Positions 23,570 through 35,990 of a DNA stretch of 64,000 bases are shown in pieces (positions within the stretch are counted from its first letter, which is position 1; the number at the start of each line of letters is the position of its first letter). The position numbers and the translations under genes were made by a program. The notes under the pieces are model-generated. The model was given only the letters and a program-made list of their open reading frames with translations. It was not told where the DNA came from and ran no database searches. Location: contig CDMY01000392.1 in the NCBI GenBank assembly GCA_001179505.1, positions 1 to 64,000 on the forward strand, in the 5' to 3' direction. Origin of the DNA: Vitrella brassicaformis CCMP3155. Lineage: Eukaryota > Protista > Chromerida.

Positions 23570-25315
23570 TGCCGCAAGATGAGAGATCAAAACGTGGCCT
23601 CAAGTCGTCGAAGATGCACTGAGTGGCGATAAGAGATAAAAAGGCGTTCGCTGAGAGATGGAAGAGGCCGTCGGTCGAGCAGATCGCTGACAGATCTGAG
23701 TAGCCAGGCCAGGACAGAAGAGGTAGACATGCGCTCTCTGCGGTCTTTGCTCATGCGCTATCTTCGGAATGGAGCGCTCCATTCTCTCGTGCAGCTCAGC
23801 TCGCATCCGTCGAAGGCTGTCCTGATTTCTCAACGAGCACGAAGACTGCATCGCGTGTAAGACGAGCGCTTGGCCACCCGGGCTGTTTTGTGACCTTCGA
23901 ACCGTGTTTTCGAAACCCTGTGACCTAACTCATCTTCTCGGAGATGTGTCGCAATATCACCGCACAGTGCATAAGCGACAGTTATGTAGGAGCCACCCAC
24001 AGGAGGGTGGGTTCGTGTCCGTGTCATCGCGTCTCATCTCACACGTACCGAGAGCAGCTGCTACTCTACATTGGTTGGTACACAACACCGCGAAGAAGGC
24101 AGGAAGGCAAGCGAGGCAAAAAAGGCGTGCACAGTGAGTGAGTGAGACAGCCAGCATCCGGCCATGAGAGAGGTCATGAACAAATTATGGTCGTGAGACA
24201 GACAGTATTTGCGGCTGGCCGGCGAGGTCTTCTCAACCTCCGTGCTATGTGTGTACTGGTCTTGGCGCAAAAACGAATTGGTGCGCATGTGACGTAGATT
24301 AACGTGACGTATGTGTATGTGTATATCACGTGTGTATCGACAACAACCAAAGACAAGACAAGACATGAATGAGGGATCGGAGAGGCCTGTCCGGCCTGCC
24401 TTGCAAAGACACATGCATGGAGAAACAAAGGGAGAAACGAGCGAGTGATAAAAAGCCGACCGACGTACACACAGCCAGCGATTGCGATAAGCAGACAGAC
24501 AGACAGACGGACGGACGGACAGACGGACAGAGAGATGTCCAAGGACACTGGTCACGCCCGCCCCACACAAATGGACACACCTCCCCGCCCGCACCTACCC
24601 CTCTCCCCTTACAGAGGACTTTGCAGATACCATCCAGCCACCAGGCACCAACCACCACCTCACACCTCCATCCATCCACCATGTAAGCAAACAACGGAGA
24701 TGGCATTCGACTGATGCGCTCCCACAGCAAGGCAAGCAAAGCAGAAACAAACATCACTTTTTGACTGACATGAACCGAGCCCCTTGGCATTCATTTTCTC
24801 TCTGTCCTGTCTGGTACAAAAATGCACACAGCTTGAAGGCGGTCAGTCTGACAGCAAACAACCAAATAATCAGTCAATCAGTCAATCAAGAACCCTCCCA
24901 TCTCCCATGGCCATCGTGTACTTACATAAATACGGGTGTGGGCATCCCTGCCCTCTCATGTGGTGGGCGTGGGCGGTCGGGGCCGAAACACGTCTGCCTT
25001 CTATGTCTATAGAGGCAGCCGCGTTTCAGCCACTCATCCCCACGCACCCACACACAAGAGGGAGCGATGGACGACCTCCACACCAGCTGTGCAGCTCGCT
25101 CGCAGCAGTCAATCAGCCAATCGGTCAATAAAAGAGTGGGAAAACGGGAAAACGAAAACCCCATGTATACGATCTGTCTGTCGGATGCTGTCCTGCGGGC
25201 CTGCCGTCGTGTGCCGATTCCTTAAGCCCGGCCGCCCGCATGGAGAGCACCACACACATAGACGTGCCTGGCAACCCACATGCACGTGGCCCGAGTGAAG
25301 GGACCAGCACAACAT

Positions 25316-25345
25316 GGCAGCGAAGAGAGAGGTGAGGAACAAAGG
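25316..25345. repeat. 30-nt sequence identical to 58048-58077 (dispersed repeat core)
   Basis: ggcagcgaagagagaggtgaggaacaaagg occurs at both sites, with weaker similarity extending about 80 nt to the left. Confidence 0.8.
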
Positions 25346-25742
25346 CAAGATGACTGGCACTGATACACAGAGAGAGAGCTGGACAGAGAAAGAGCCCCAG
25401 CAAACACACAGGCATACAGTGCCATACACGCCCCGATTCTTCTCTTTCTTCCTCTCTGTCTGTCTGTGCTGCTGGAGCGTAGCGGTGAGTAGCGCCGTCG
25501 ACAGTCCACGCACCAGACAGCTGCTGTGGTCTCACGACACGACAGCTGTCAGGTGCGTCGTCTGTTGATGACGGTAACCACCACCACACACGCAACGCAC
25601 ACTACACAGACCGCAGATCTGACACACACAAACTCACACAGACGCACTCATTTGGCAAAAATCGGGCAGGCAATACAGCACGGGAGACACTTACACCCAC
25701 GCCCCCAACCCCAACTCCCCCCTCCCTCCCTCCCTCCCTGAG

Positions 25743-27891
25743 TCAGTGGATGGACTGCTGCCGGTGGTTGTGCATGACCATGTGTGGGTGGTGGGGCTGG
25801 GCGTCCTGCACCTGCATGCCGTCCATCGCAGCACCACCACCAGCCGCAGCAGCCGCAGCAGCAGCACCGGAGCCATCCTTCGCGGGACCGATCATCCCCA
25901 TCACCTGCGCACACACCACACACGGGGACTTCCACATCATGTGTGTGATGTGGTGGTCCGCTCACCTCGTCAGCAGCCGCCGCCTCGAGCTCTTGTGTGC
26001 CTTGGGGGTAGGGGCTGCTGGCGCGGCGGGCGATGCTTCTCTCATGCTGCTCATGGTCGGCAGGGTAACCAAACCCAATCGCCTGTTGCTGCTGTGGCTG
26101 CGGCTCCTGCTGTGGCTGCTGCAGGTAGCCCCCCGAGTCATCCGAACCCATGTGAAAAGGCGGCTGCGGCAGCTGCAGTGGCTGCCCGTCCACCCCACCA
26201 CCACCACCACCGCCCCTCTCCCCCAGCATGTTGGTCTCAGCCATCGACGCGGCCAGCAACGAGGCAGGAGTGCGGGCGCCGCTCGGGAGGCCGTGCTGCT
26301 GCCCATTCTCAGCCGGGAACCCCACGGTGATGGCGCTCTCGGGCGCGAGAGCAGGTGACCCTGGTGGCTGCCCGTAGGCCAGCCCGTTGGGCTGAGGCGT
26401 GTGAGAGGGGCTCCTGTGGTGTCCTGGGATCCGCAGCACCACTGGCTCTGGGGTGGGGGGGCGGTGTGGGTGTGGGTGGGGGCTCCATCCGCCCGCTTGG
26501 CTGTGGCTGGTGGGGGAGGCGCTGCCCGCACTGGCTGATCTTGCCAGGGCTGCTGGTGGGCCAGGGGGGAGCAGCTGGTTGCTGATGGCACGGTCGGGTG
26601 AGGGCGACTCGACGTAGGAGCCGGGGTAGGTGGGGGTGTTGGCGAGGGTGTGGAACTGGGAGAGTGAGGCCTGCAGGTGGGTGGCGCAGTAGTCCTCGGC
26701 CTTCTTGAACTCTATCACCTGTGTCTCTGCCAAACGGAACACACACAGAGGGGCTCTCTGGGTGTAGGGGTGTCAGTCGGGTGTGTGCGTGCGTGTGTGT
26801 TGGGTGTGTGCCCTCGTACCACAAGTGGCGATGTACCACTCGAAGAGGTTCTTGGGTATGCGGAGCTTCAGCTGGATGTGCTCGGGCTGCTTCATCGGCA
26901 CTGAGGGCGGGGCGACACACACATCCACAGCAGACAAACAGACAGACACCAACATAGGCAGCCTGTCTGTCTGTGTGGTGCTCCCTCGCTCGTTACGGTG
27001 ATATGCTCACTGACGTACCGTGGGTCTTGAGGAAGGCGAACCCCTGTCGCTTGAGGTTGCCGAAGTCGGGGTCCTCGGCAGGGTTGTTATCCGCCTCTCT
27101 GTGCACCACACAGACACACACACACACACACGCACACACGATGGAGATGTGGGTGTGTCGGTGTGTGGGTGGTGTGTGGTGTGGTGTGCTGACCTGAGAG
27201 TGAACCTCTTGGCGACCATGAGAGTGCCCTCGCCGAACTCGATGAGGAACTCAAAGTCGAGCTTGAACAGCTCCTGCAGATGACGGGCACCCGCCGCGTT
27301 GAAACGCAACTTCAAGTAGGTGTAGCTCTGGGACACACACACACACAGACACACAGACACAGAGAGAGAGAGGTTTGTTTGCAAGTAGGTGAGCGGTAGG
27401 ATGCATGGATGGATGGCTGGCTGAGATGGCTTACGTAGCTGTTGTTTCTATTGGCGACAAAGGCGTTAGGGTGGAAGACCTCGATCTTGAACCACGGCTC
27501 AGTGTTGTTGCTGCCGTCGTAGCCGAACTGGTGCGCTGTGTCTGTGCAGTGCAGTGCAGCCACACACATCAACAGAACAGTCAGTCGCCTGTGCCCCGCC
27601 CGCGTTGCCTTTGCTGCCCACTCACTCTCGATGAAGCCATACAGCTCCGGCGTCTCCTCCTCCTGCTTGATCTCGATGCCGCCCGTCCTGACATCCACAC
27701 ACACACACACACACACACAAGATGGCTGACATTTGCCGACACGCCCTCTCAACCCTGCCCCCTCCCTCCCCCTCCGTCGCAGCTCACCTGAACTGCCTGA
27801 GCTCAGCGCACGCGGCGTTGTGCGCTCTGAGGAAGAGGTTCTCGCACGCCGAACCCAACAGACCCTCCATCATAGGCACACTGACTGCAGC

Positions 27892-27929
<38 letters not shown>

Positions 27930-28729
27930 GAAAAGGTGTGAGCGGATGGATTCCGCAGCGAGGGAGGGCGGGAGGGGGCATGCGTGCGTGTGCGTACTGT
28001 GGCTGGCGTCGATGGCGCTTCTGGGAAGCGACAGGCGGCTCCGACCCGACACACTCGACCCGCTGCAAAAGGATGGATGGGTACGTGTGTGCCATCGCTG
28101 GCACGCGTGTGTGTTCAGTGTAGTGTGGTGTGGCTGCTCACGCTTGGCTGAGTCCGTCGAAGTCGGTGATGCTGAGCTTCTTCATCACCTCCTTCCAACA
28201 ACCTAACAGCCAGAGATCAAAGGAACCAACAAACACGTAAAGGAAACGAGGCCCCAGCAGTACAGTGCAGTGCTCTCCCATCACACTGCCTCACGCGCAC
28301 ACCCGTTGCACACACGTACTGATGTTCTGTTTGTAGTGCTCGGTGGCGAACTTGCTCTTGAGGACGTGCTTGCCGCAGACGCGGCAGAGCGTCCTGGTCT
28401 GTCCGTTCCAGTCGAAGTCGATGCGCAGGTCGCCGATGAAGAGGTCACCCCGGGTGACCTTCCGCTCCTTGACGCTGGTCGCCGGGAACTCCCAGACGTT
28501 CTCAAAGATCTGACACACAGACAGACAGACAGGCAGACAGATAGACACACCGGTGGCGGGAGGGGGTACACGCGCGCACACACAGACACCACTCCCCTCC
28601 CTATGTTTTGGCCACCTCATCGATGAGGAGGCAGTCGCCCTGTATTCTCTGGTTGAGAGGTTTCTTTCGCTCGCGGAAGAAGTCGGTGCAGTCCTGCTCA
28701 GGCTGCAGCCGGAACGACAAACCAGCCAT
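25743..28729 (-). CDS. Uncharacterised multi-exon protein with a putative C2HC zinc finger and a Pro/Gln/Ala-rich C-terminus
   Basis: Phase-consistent model from MAGLSFRLQPEQDCTDFF... through LCRVCGKHVLKSKFATEHYKQNISCW, PWFKIEVFHP, YTYLKLRFN and HIQLKLRIPKNLFEWY to ...HRQQSIH*. Coding frame is GC3-rich. Confidence 0.75.
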
Positions 28730-29043
28730 CACCTCACCCACTCCACTACCGCACCTCACGTCACGAGCTCAGGCAGATCAGATGGGTGAGATCTCGCTCG
28801 CCGAACCGCGACAAAAACAGCAGTGCGTGTGTGTCCACTGCAGCTCTTTCAGATCCTTCGTTGTCTCCGCGCGAATCGGGAAGAAGCGCGCGATGGTGGA
28901 TCGTCGGCAGGCTCGCACCACAAAAGGGGGAAAAACACTTCGAAACACACGACTACCTGGGACAACGGGAGAGGCTTCGTGGCGAGGCAGATCTGCCACC
29001 TGTGCTGCGAGAAAGCACCGGCTTGCTCATATATATCGTCAGG

Positions 29044-29886
29044 ATGTCTCACTTTCTGCTGGAGCAGCTGCGCCAGGCGCATGAGGACGTCGAGGTGCGC
29101 AAGACATGATGACAACACACAGACAGACAGACAGACAGACAGACAGAGGTGTGCAACGTGCTGCATCAGTCAATTCACTGTGTTTGTTGTCCGCCTCCCT
29201 CGTGCCGCCTGCAGACGATAGAGAAGGCCGTGGCGAAGCTGCTGGCCGAGAAGGCCAAGCACCCCAAGCACGCCGTCAAGTACGAGCACGCCATCCGCAA
29301 CCTCCTCGACTCGCTCCGGGGCAAGAGCCAGACCGCCCTCGACATCTACGCCGACAAAGACGGGCTGCGCAGGGACGAGATTCAGATGCTCGGCGGCACC
29401 CGCCCGGCCACACAGGACGGCATCCCCGATGTGTTTGTCAACTTCGACCAGCAGGTGCAGGTCATCAAGGACTACCACCGGAAGTTCGCCCAGCAGAATG
29501 TGCTGCCCGAGATCAGGGACGACGCTTTCTTCCTCAACCAGGCGGTCGCCCAGGCGCAGGACAAGCTGGAGGCCATCTTTTCTGGCGACGAGAAGACGGG
29601 CAAGAGGGTGGACCTGCACCCTTACTACGTCATGTACGTCAACCTCAAGAAGCTCAAGGCGCACAGGGTGTCTGAGCACAGGAAAGAGGCGCGGGTCCGC
29701 CTGGAGAAGAAGAAGAGGGCCCATGCTGCTGAGGCCGGTGAGGGTGAGCAGGAGGCGCATGTGGACGACAGCGAGCTGCCTGAGTTCCAAGAGATCGACT
29801 ACATCCAGTACCTGCAGACGTTCGACCGGTTCGCACACGCGCGCAGACACACACAGAGAGAAAAAGAGCGTCCCCCTCCCTCCTCA

Positions 29887-29930
<44 letters not shown>

Positions 29931-31557
29931 TCCTCTCTGCTGGGCTGAATGTCATAATTCGGTCAGGTTTCACGAGATCCCCCGGCACTGCAAGTACCGT
30001 GACGCCCAGTACGAGCAGTATCTGCGGGAGCTCATCGGCTACCTCCGCACCTTCTTCGAGAAACAAAACCCCATCGTCGACATGCAAAAGGTCTCACACA
30101 CACGCACACACAACCGACACACACACATATGAATGCGCTCATGCCCTCCTCCCTCCCTCCCTGCGTGTGTTAATGTTGGCGTCTGTGTGTCAGATTGACC
30201 GTCAGTTTGCGTCGGACTTCGACGCTAGGTGGTGGAGCCGGCTGGTGCCCGGCTGGGAGCAGAGCACCTTCGACGACCCCCTCTACGCCATACCCTCCGA
30301 CTACCTCTTCGCCAGCGAGGCCACCAAGGCCTCACACGAGAAGGTAAGGTACCCAGCGGGACGGCCGCTGACTGACCACACGGAGAGGGCAACGCAACGC
30401 TCCTTCCCATCTATGTGTCTGTCTGTCTGTCTGTCTGTTGGGTCATACTAGGGCAAGAAGTACCGTAAGAATGCTGAGGTGTTCGCGCGCAAGACGGTGG
30501 ATGAGCGGAGGGCCCTCGAGGATGCCTCCCGTGACCACGACAAGACGCTGGCCGAGCTCGAGGTGACGGTGCAGCGCTTCCAGGAGCTCCTCGGCGACAC
30601 TATACAGGTGGGCAGCCTATGTGTGTGTGGGGATGGATGGATGGATGGATGGAGGGGCGGAGAATGGGCGCAGGAAAAGTGTGTGTGTGTGTGTGTGTGT
30701 ATTGTCCTCTCGTTCTTGGTATGTGCGTGTCAGGCGACGATTCAGTACATTCAGAAGAAGCAGTCGCGCACCGCCGAGGAGCTCGACGAGGAGGAAGAAG
30801 AGGAAGAAGGTACACACACGATTGATGCCATAGATACCAACCACATCAATCACACTGACCACACTGATGTTTGTGTGTGCGGATGGATGGCTGGATGGAT
30901 GTGTTGTCTGTCTGTCTGTCTGTCAGAGGAGGTGCCCGAGATAGAGGAGGAGGAAGAGGAGGGCTCAGACGCAGAGAAACCCATCTACAACCCTCTCAAC
31001 CTACCACTCGGTAAGTAACTTACCTCCACACACCTAAACCGTCCCCACCACAGCCCCAACATACACACCCCGCCCCGCCACGTATCTCTGTGTCCACCAC
31101 TAAACAAATAGGTTGGGACGGTAAGCCGATCCCTTATTGGCTTTACAAGCTGCACGGCCTGGGCATCGAGTACAAGTGTGAGATCTGCGGCAACTACTCC
31201 TACTGGGGCCGCCGGGCCTTCGAGCGCCACTTCCAGGAGTGGCGCCACGCCTTCGGCATGCGCTGCCTCAAGATACCCAACACCAGCCACTTCAAGGAGA
31301 TCACACGCATCGAGGACGCTCTCACCCTGTATGAGAAACTCAAAAAGGAGGCCGAGGTCAAGGTGAGTGAGAAGAGCATCGAGGGGGGTGGGTGGCGGGT
31401 TGGGTTAATGCATTGGATTGGATCTAAGTGATCTGTGCGTGTGTGTGTGTGTGTTCAGGCGTTTCGTCAGGACAACGAGATGGAGATGGAGGACGACCAG
31501 GGGAACGTCATGAGCGTCAAGGCCTACCAAGATCTCTCCAGGCAGGGACTCCTGTAG
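29044..31557 (+). CDS. SF3A3: Splicing factor 3A subunit 3 (SAP61/PRP9)
   Basis: [17 protein letters not shown]; [13 protein letters not shown]; [69 protein letters not shown]; ...[11 protein letters not shown]. Confidence 0.97.
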
Positions 31558-31853
31558 CCTTAAGTACTGACTGACTGAGGAAGGGAGGGTGCTTCCCACC
31601 CTGACTGCCATGGCCATGCCCTCACTCATAGATGCGATGGTGCAGTGAGACTCTTAATTGCATAAATGCGATTGATCAATCCTTCAGTGAGGGCATCCGA
31701 CCCGTCGGTGTGTCAGTGTGTTGAAGGAAGACGGTCCTATCACTCAGACGCTCCCAGCCATGCCAGCCATCCAGCCATCCATGCCGTCAATGGAGTCGAC
31801 CTAGCTGTCAGACAGGCAGATGCAGCCATGCCATCAATCAGTCGGTCAGTCAG

Positions 31854-33213
31854 TCAAAAGGCGGGGTGGAATATTGACGACTGCATCTGCATCTCCTGCA
31901 CTCGCACACACACATCATGTGGCTGCAAAGTTACTGTGCCCAGTGTGGCTGCATATCTCTCTATTTATATTGCATACCCGTCGCTGCCTGGCCGACATGG
32001 GTTTGCCTGCGAACCCCGACGCAGTCCCGGGATAGCACTGCATCCCAGCAGGCGGGCGGCTGCGATTCAACACCCACGACGGCACTGTGGGAACACACAC
32101 GCACCATCCCCCGCCCCCCCAGACAAACACACATACTCACACAGAAGTTAGGTTTTGTCTTTGTGGTGTGTCTGGTACCGTCGTGTCTCGGCTGTGGCCT
32201 TGTTGTGACATCCACTCTCTTCTGGTCGTAGTCGCCATGGATCATCATGTGTTTGTTGTGGAACTCGCTCCGCGCGTCGCGCCAGTCGTAGGTGCCCATG
32301 TTGATCATGCGCTTGTCGGGGGCTGCCAGGCGCTCGCCTGATGGGACACCACGGGGCGACTCCTGCTCACCCAGACCTGATGAGACACACACACGAATGG
32401 GGTTTGGGGGTGTGTGTGTGTGTGTGGGGGGNNNNNNNNNNNNNNNNNNNNNNNNNNNNNNNNNNNNNNNNNNNNNNNNNNNNNNNNNNNNNNNNNNNNN
32501 NNNNNNNNNNNNNNNNNNNNNNNNNNNNNNNNNNNNNNNNNNNNNNNNNNNNNNNNNNNNNNNNNNNNNNNNNNNNNNNNNNNNNNNNNNNNNNNNNNNN
32601 NNNNNNNNNNNNNNNNNNNNNNNNNNNNNNNNNNNNNNNNNNNNNNNNNNNNNNNNNNNNNNNNNNNNNNNNNNNNNNNNNNNNNNNNNNNNNNNNNNNN
32701 NNNNNNNNNNNNNNNNNNNNNNNNNNNNNNNGGGGATGAGTGACCTTGGTCGCCATAGAGGCGGGCGGATCGGGCGTATTTCTCTGTGTTGGTGTTGGTG
32801 AAGTTGAACAGATTGGTCTGTGTGGAGTTGTTACAGGGGGCAGTGACGCCTCTTGTGCGTGTGTGTACGCGCGTGTACGTGTCTGAGCTCTCTGGCGTCT
32901 GCCGATCCGTGTTGCATGACGGTCTTCATGGTGTGGAAGCTCTTGTGCCGCTCCAGCTCACGGCCCGTCTTGGGCGGGCTCTGGTAACCCAACAAATCTG
33001 ACAGACACCACACCACACCACAGACAGAGAGACAGCACATTCCTGGACCGACCCACGGCAGGCAGGCATGTCGTCCGGGTGTGGTGTGCTGACTGGAATA
33101 GTTCTTCTCGGTGCGGCCCCGGTACTCGTTGTACTCCTGCAGCTCTTTCTCCTCCTTCTCGTGCTCCTTCCGCTGCGCAACGTGCTGCACGGGACATCAG
33201 ACAAAACCTGGTC

Positions 33214-33250
<37 letters not shown>

Positions 33251-34903
33251 TCCCCTCCCTCTCTCCCTCTCTCATCTCATCGTTCGACCCAGACTGTCGG
33301 CCGACCTTTGAGGTGAATGCGGGATGCGCAGGGCAGTGGAGGCTGCCGTGCTCGGACTCAAGCATGCCCAGCTTCTTCCGCTCCCGCGCGCTCATGCCGC
33401 TCAAGCCTAGCTGCGGCACCGACGCGCAGATGGCCATCCGCCGCTTGGGCTTCAAATCCTCTGCAGGGGCAGCAGCTAGAGGGGCTGCCGGGGGAGGTGC
33501 CTCCTCACCTCTACAAAGAGACATAGACACATGCCCCTCTGTCAACAGTGGAACATATTGTGAGTACCCTGGTTGCTGGTCTTGCTGCTGCTGCTGCTGC
33601 TGCAGCGGGGAGGCTTCTGTGGGCGGCGGGGTGGGGGGCACTGGGGCCGGCGGTGGAGGGGGTTTGCCGTAGTTGCCCAGGCGCGTGTGGTCCATCCGCA
33701 GCTGATCCGTCACGAAGCACAACGGGCGCTGGACCTGCACACACGCAAAAACGGAGCGCAAATTGAAGACAAGCGACAAAGGACACATAAGGTGTCGGTG
33801 TGGGGTGGTTGCTCGCCTCCTCTTTGCGGTATTCGCTGAGGCCGTGGAGTCGCGCGCGGCCGAAGAGCTCCGACGAAAGCTCATAGGTCTTGCGCTGAGC
33901 AGCCGTTGCGGCCCGCTGCTGCTGGGGAGTCTTCCTGGAGCCAACCATACACAAAGAGACACAAAGAGAGACATGGACACAGCTCCCTTCCTTGTGGTTG
34001 CGTACGGTCGGAGCCGCTCGAGTCTGTCGTCGGCCCAGTGTGTCTTGACGCCCGAGCGCCAGAACTCCTGAGGGATGGAAGAGTCCCTCTTGCTGAACTG
34101 CACCTTCTCCGCCAGCTCGTCACCCTCCTTGCCGTCATACACGACGTCGTGACCCTTGCTGTGCGTCTGCACACAGACAGACAGACAGACAGACAGGCAG
34201 ACAGACAGACAGAAGAATCAGGCAAAAAAAAGGCTCCCTCCTAGGCTGTCTTACGGCTCTTGTGTCGGGCGGTGGCGGGATGGCCTGCTTGGCCGGGACG
34301 AACCGGGTGTTCTTGCCGCATTTTGGGTAGTACTGCTGCATGAGATTCTTCTGCGTCTGGACGTTGTAGACCTTGCTGGGCATGGGGCCGTCCTCCTTCA
34401 TGAAGTTGTAGGTGGTCGTCATGTACACCACCTTCCGCTCGCGGTGCGTCAAGGGACTGATTGCAATGCATTGCAACGCCATGAACGCAACAGGGGAGAG
34501 AAAGAGCAGCCCAGAGATCGGTGGCTGACCGGTCTTTGTCGCGTTGGGATTCGGGGGATGGGGGGCGATGCTCCTCCACTGACTTCCTGCACACGTCATG
34601 CAAACAGGAGAGAGATCGATGCACTCACTGCACTGCATGTGACTGTCTGTCCCGTCCGTCGTCTCACTCACTTTGCCTGGATGAGACGCGGCGAGTCCAC
34701 CTTCCTGCTGCGCACCTGATGCACCGATGCACCACGGACATAAACACACATGTGCACCCATCTCGCCGTCACTGCCTGGCCCTCTTTGCGATGATCCCCC
34801 GGGCCCGTAGTAGTACTTCGCTGTAGGTGGGATGGTGCCATAGGAGGTCCCCCTTGCGCAGAGGCAGAGAGGTCAGCCCCAGAGTGCTCCTCGAGTGATT
34901 CAT
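31854..34903 (-). CDS. Uncharacterised multi-exon protein spanning the assembly gap; possibly ciliary
   Basis: Spliced coding exons such as MNHSRSTLGLTSLPLRKGTSYGTIPP, VVYMTTTYNFMKEDGP, GVKTHWADDRLERLRPY, NMGTYDWRDARSEFHNKH and ...EMQMQSSIFHPAF*. No family recognised; could be more than one gene. Confidence 0.55.
32432..32731. other. Assembly gap (300 N)
   Basis: Run of N flanked by (GT)n and G-rich sequence. Confidence 1.
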
Positions 34904-35069
34904 GCCGGTGTAGAGTGGGACAAACAAGGGCCCTGTCTCAAACGGGGTTGCGTGCTATGGGGGCAGCTGTGGGCCCACAGTCTGCATGCACTGGGACAAC
35001 TTCCGAAGAAGACGTTTATCTCTCTCGCAAGGCGGCCCCATTGCAGAGCGCAGATAGCAACAAGACAGA

Positions 35070-35959
35070 ATGGCGACCGTCGTTGCGCAGGCCGGCGGGA
35101 CTCGGCGGAAGAAGAAGACAGAGGTGGTGGAGCCGCAGGTCATCGACGAGGACCTTCTCAGACAGGGCGTCCTCGAGCCTCTCCTGCTCACCAGAGAGCT
35201 CACCGAGCCAATCGACTTCCCGTTCGTGACCTCACTCGCACTCTCCTTCCATAGTACGTACGCATATATGCGTTGCGGGTCGGAGAGGGGAAGGCATGCG
35301 CATGCGTTGGGTGATTGTGTCGTGTGTCGTTCACCGCACCCAGACATATTGCACATTGACAACCTGCAGACGTTCACGCGTCTGAAGCTGCTGCGGCTGG
35401 ACAACAACATCATCGAGGAGATCAAGAACCTCGACCACCTTGTCAACCTTACATGGCTCGGTCAGTCAGACCTCAGCCCCCTCTACCATTCCATCTCAAA
35501 CTGTCTGTGTGCATGCAGATTTGTCGTTCAACAACATCGCCAAGATCCAGGGGCTCGACAACTTGTGCAACCTGACTGACCTCTCTCTATACTCGAACCG
35601 CATCACCAAGGTGGAGGGCCTCTCGAGCTGCCGAAAGCTCAACGTCCTCTCGCTCGGCCGCAACCACATCACCGAACTCAAACAGGCGAGCGACAACGGA
35701 ACCTCTTGAAGAAGCGGGTTGAATCGCCTCTTTGTTGTGTGGTGTGTTCAGGTTGATTCGCTTCGTTCGTTCAGCGGCCTTCGGTGTCTGTGTCTGGAGG
35801 GCAACCCCATCTGCAAGGAGGAGCACTACCAATCCCACGTGCTGGCCTTCCTCAGCCACCTCAAGTACCTCGACTACATGCTAGTCGACAAGAAAAAGGT
35901 ACCACACAGACACACATTGGCCAGCATCTTCATGACTGCATCGATTGCCTTCTCCCCCC

Positions 35960-35990
<31 letters not shown>

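Noticed and set aside
24061-25600. Numerous ORFs rich in CV, HT, RQTD and SVCL
   Set aside because: Translations of (GT)n, (CAGA)n and (GA)n microsatellites; the same applies throughout the window.
32292-32801. ORFs containing X runs
   Set aside because: Artefacts of the N gap.
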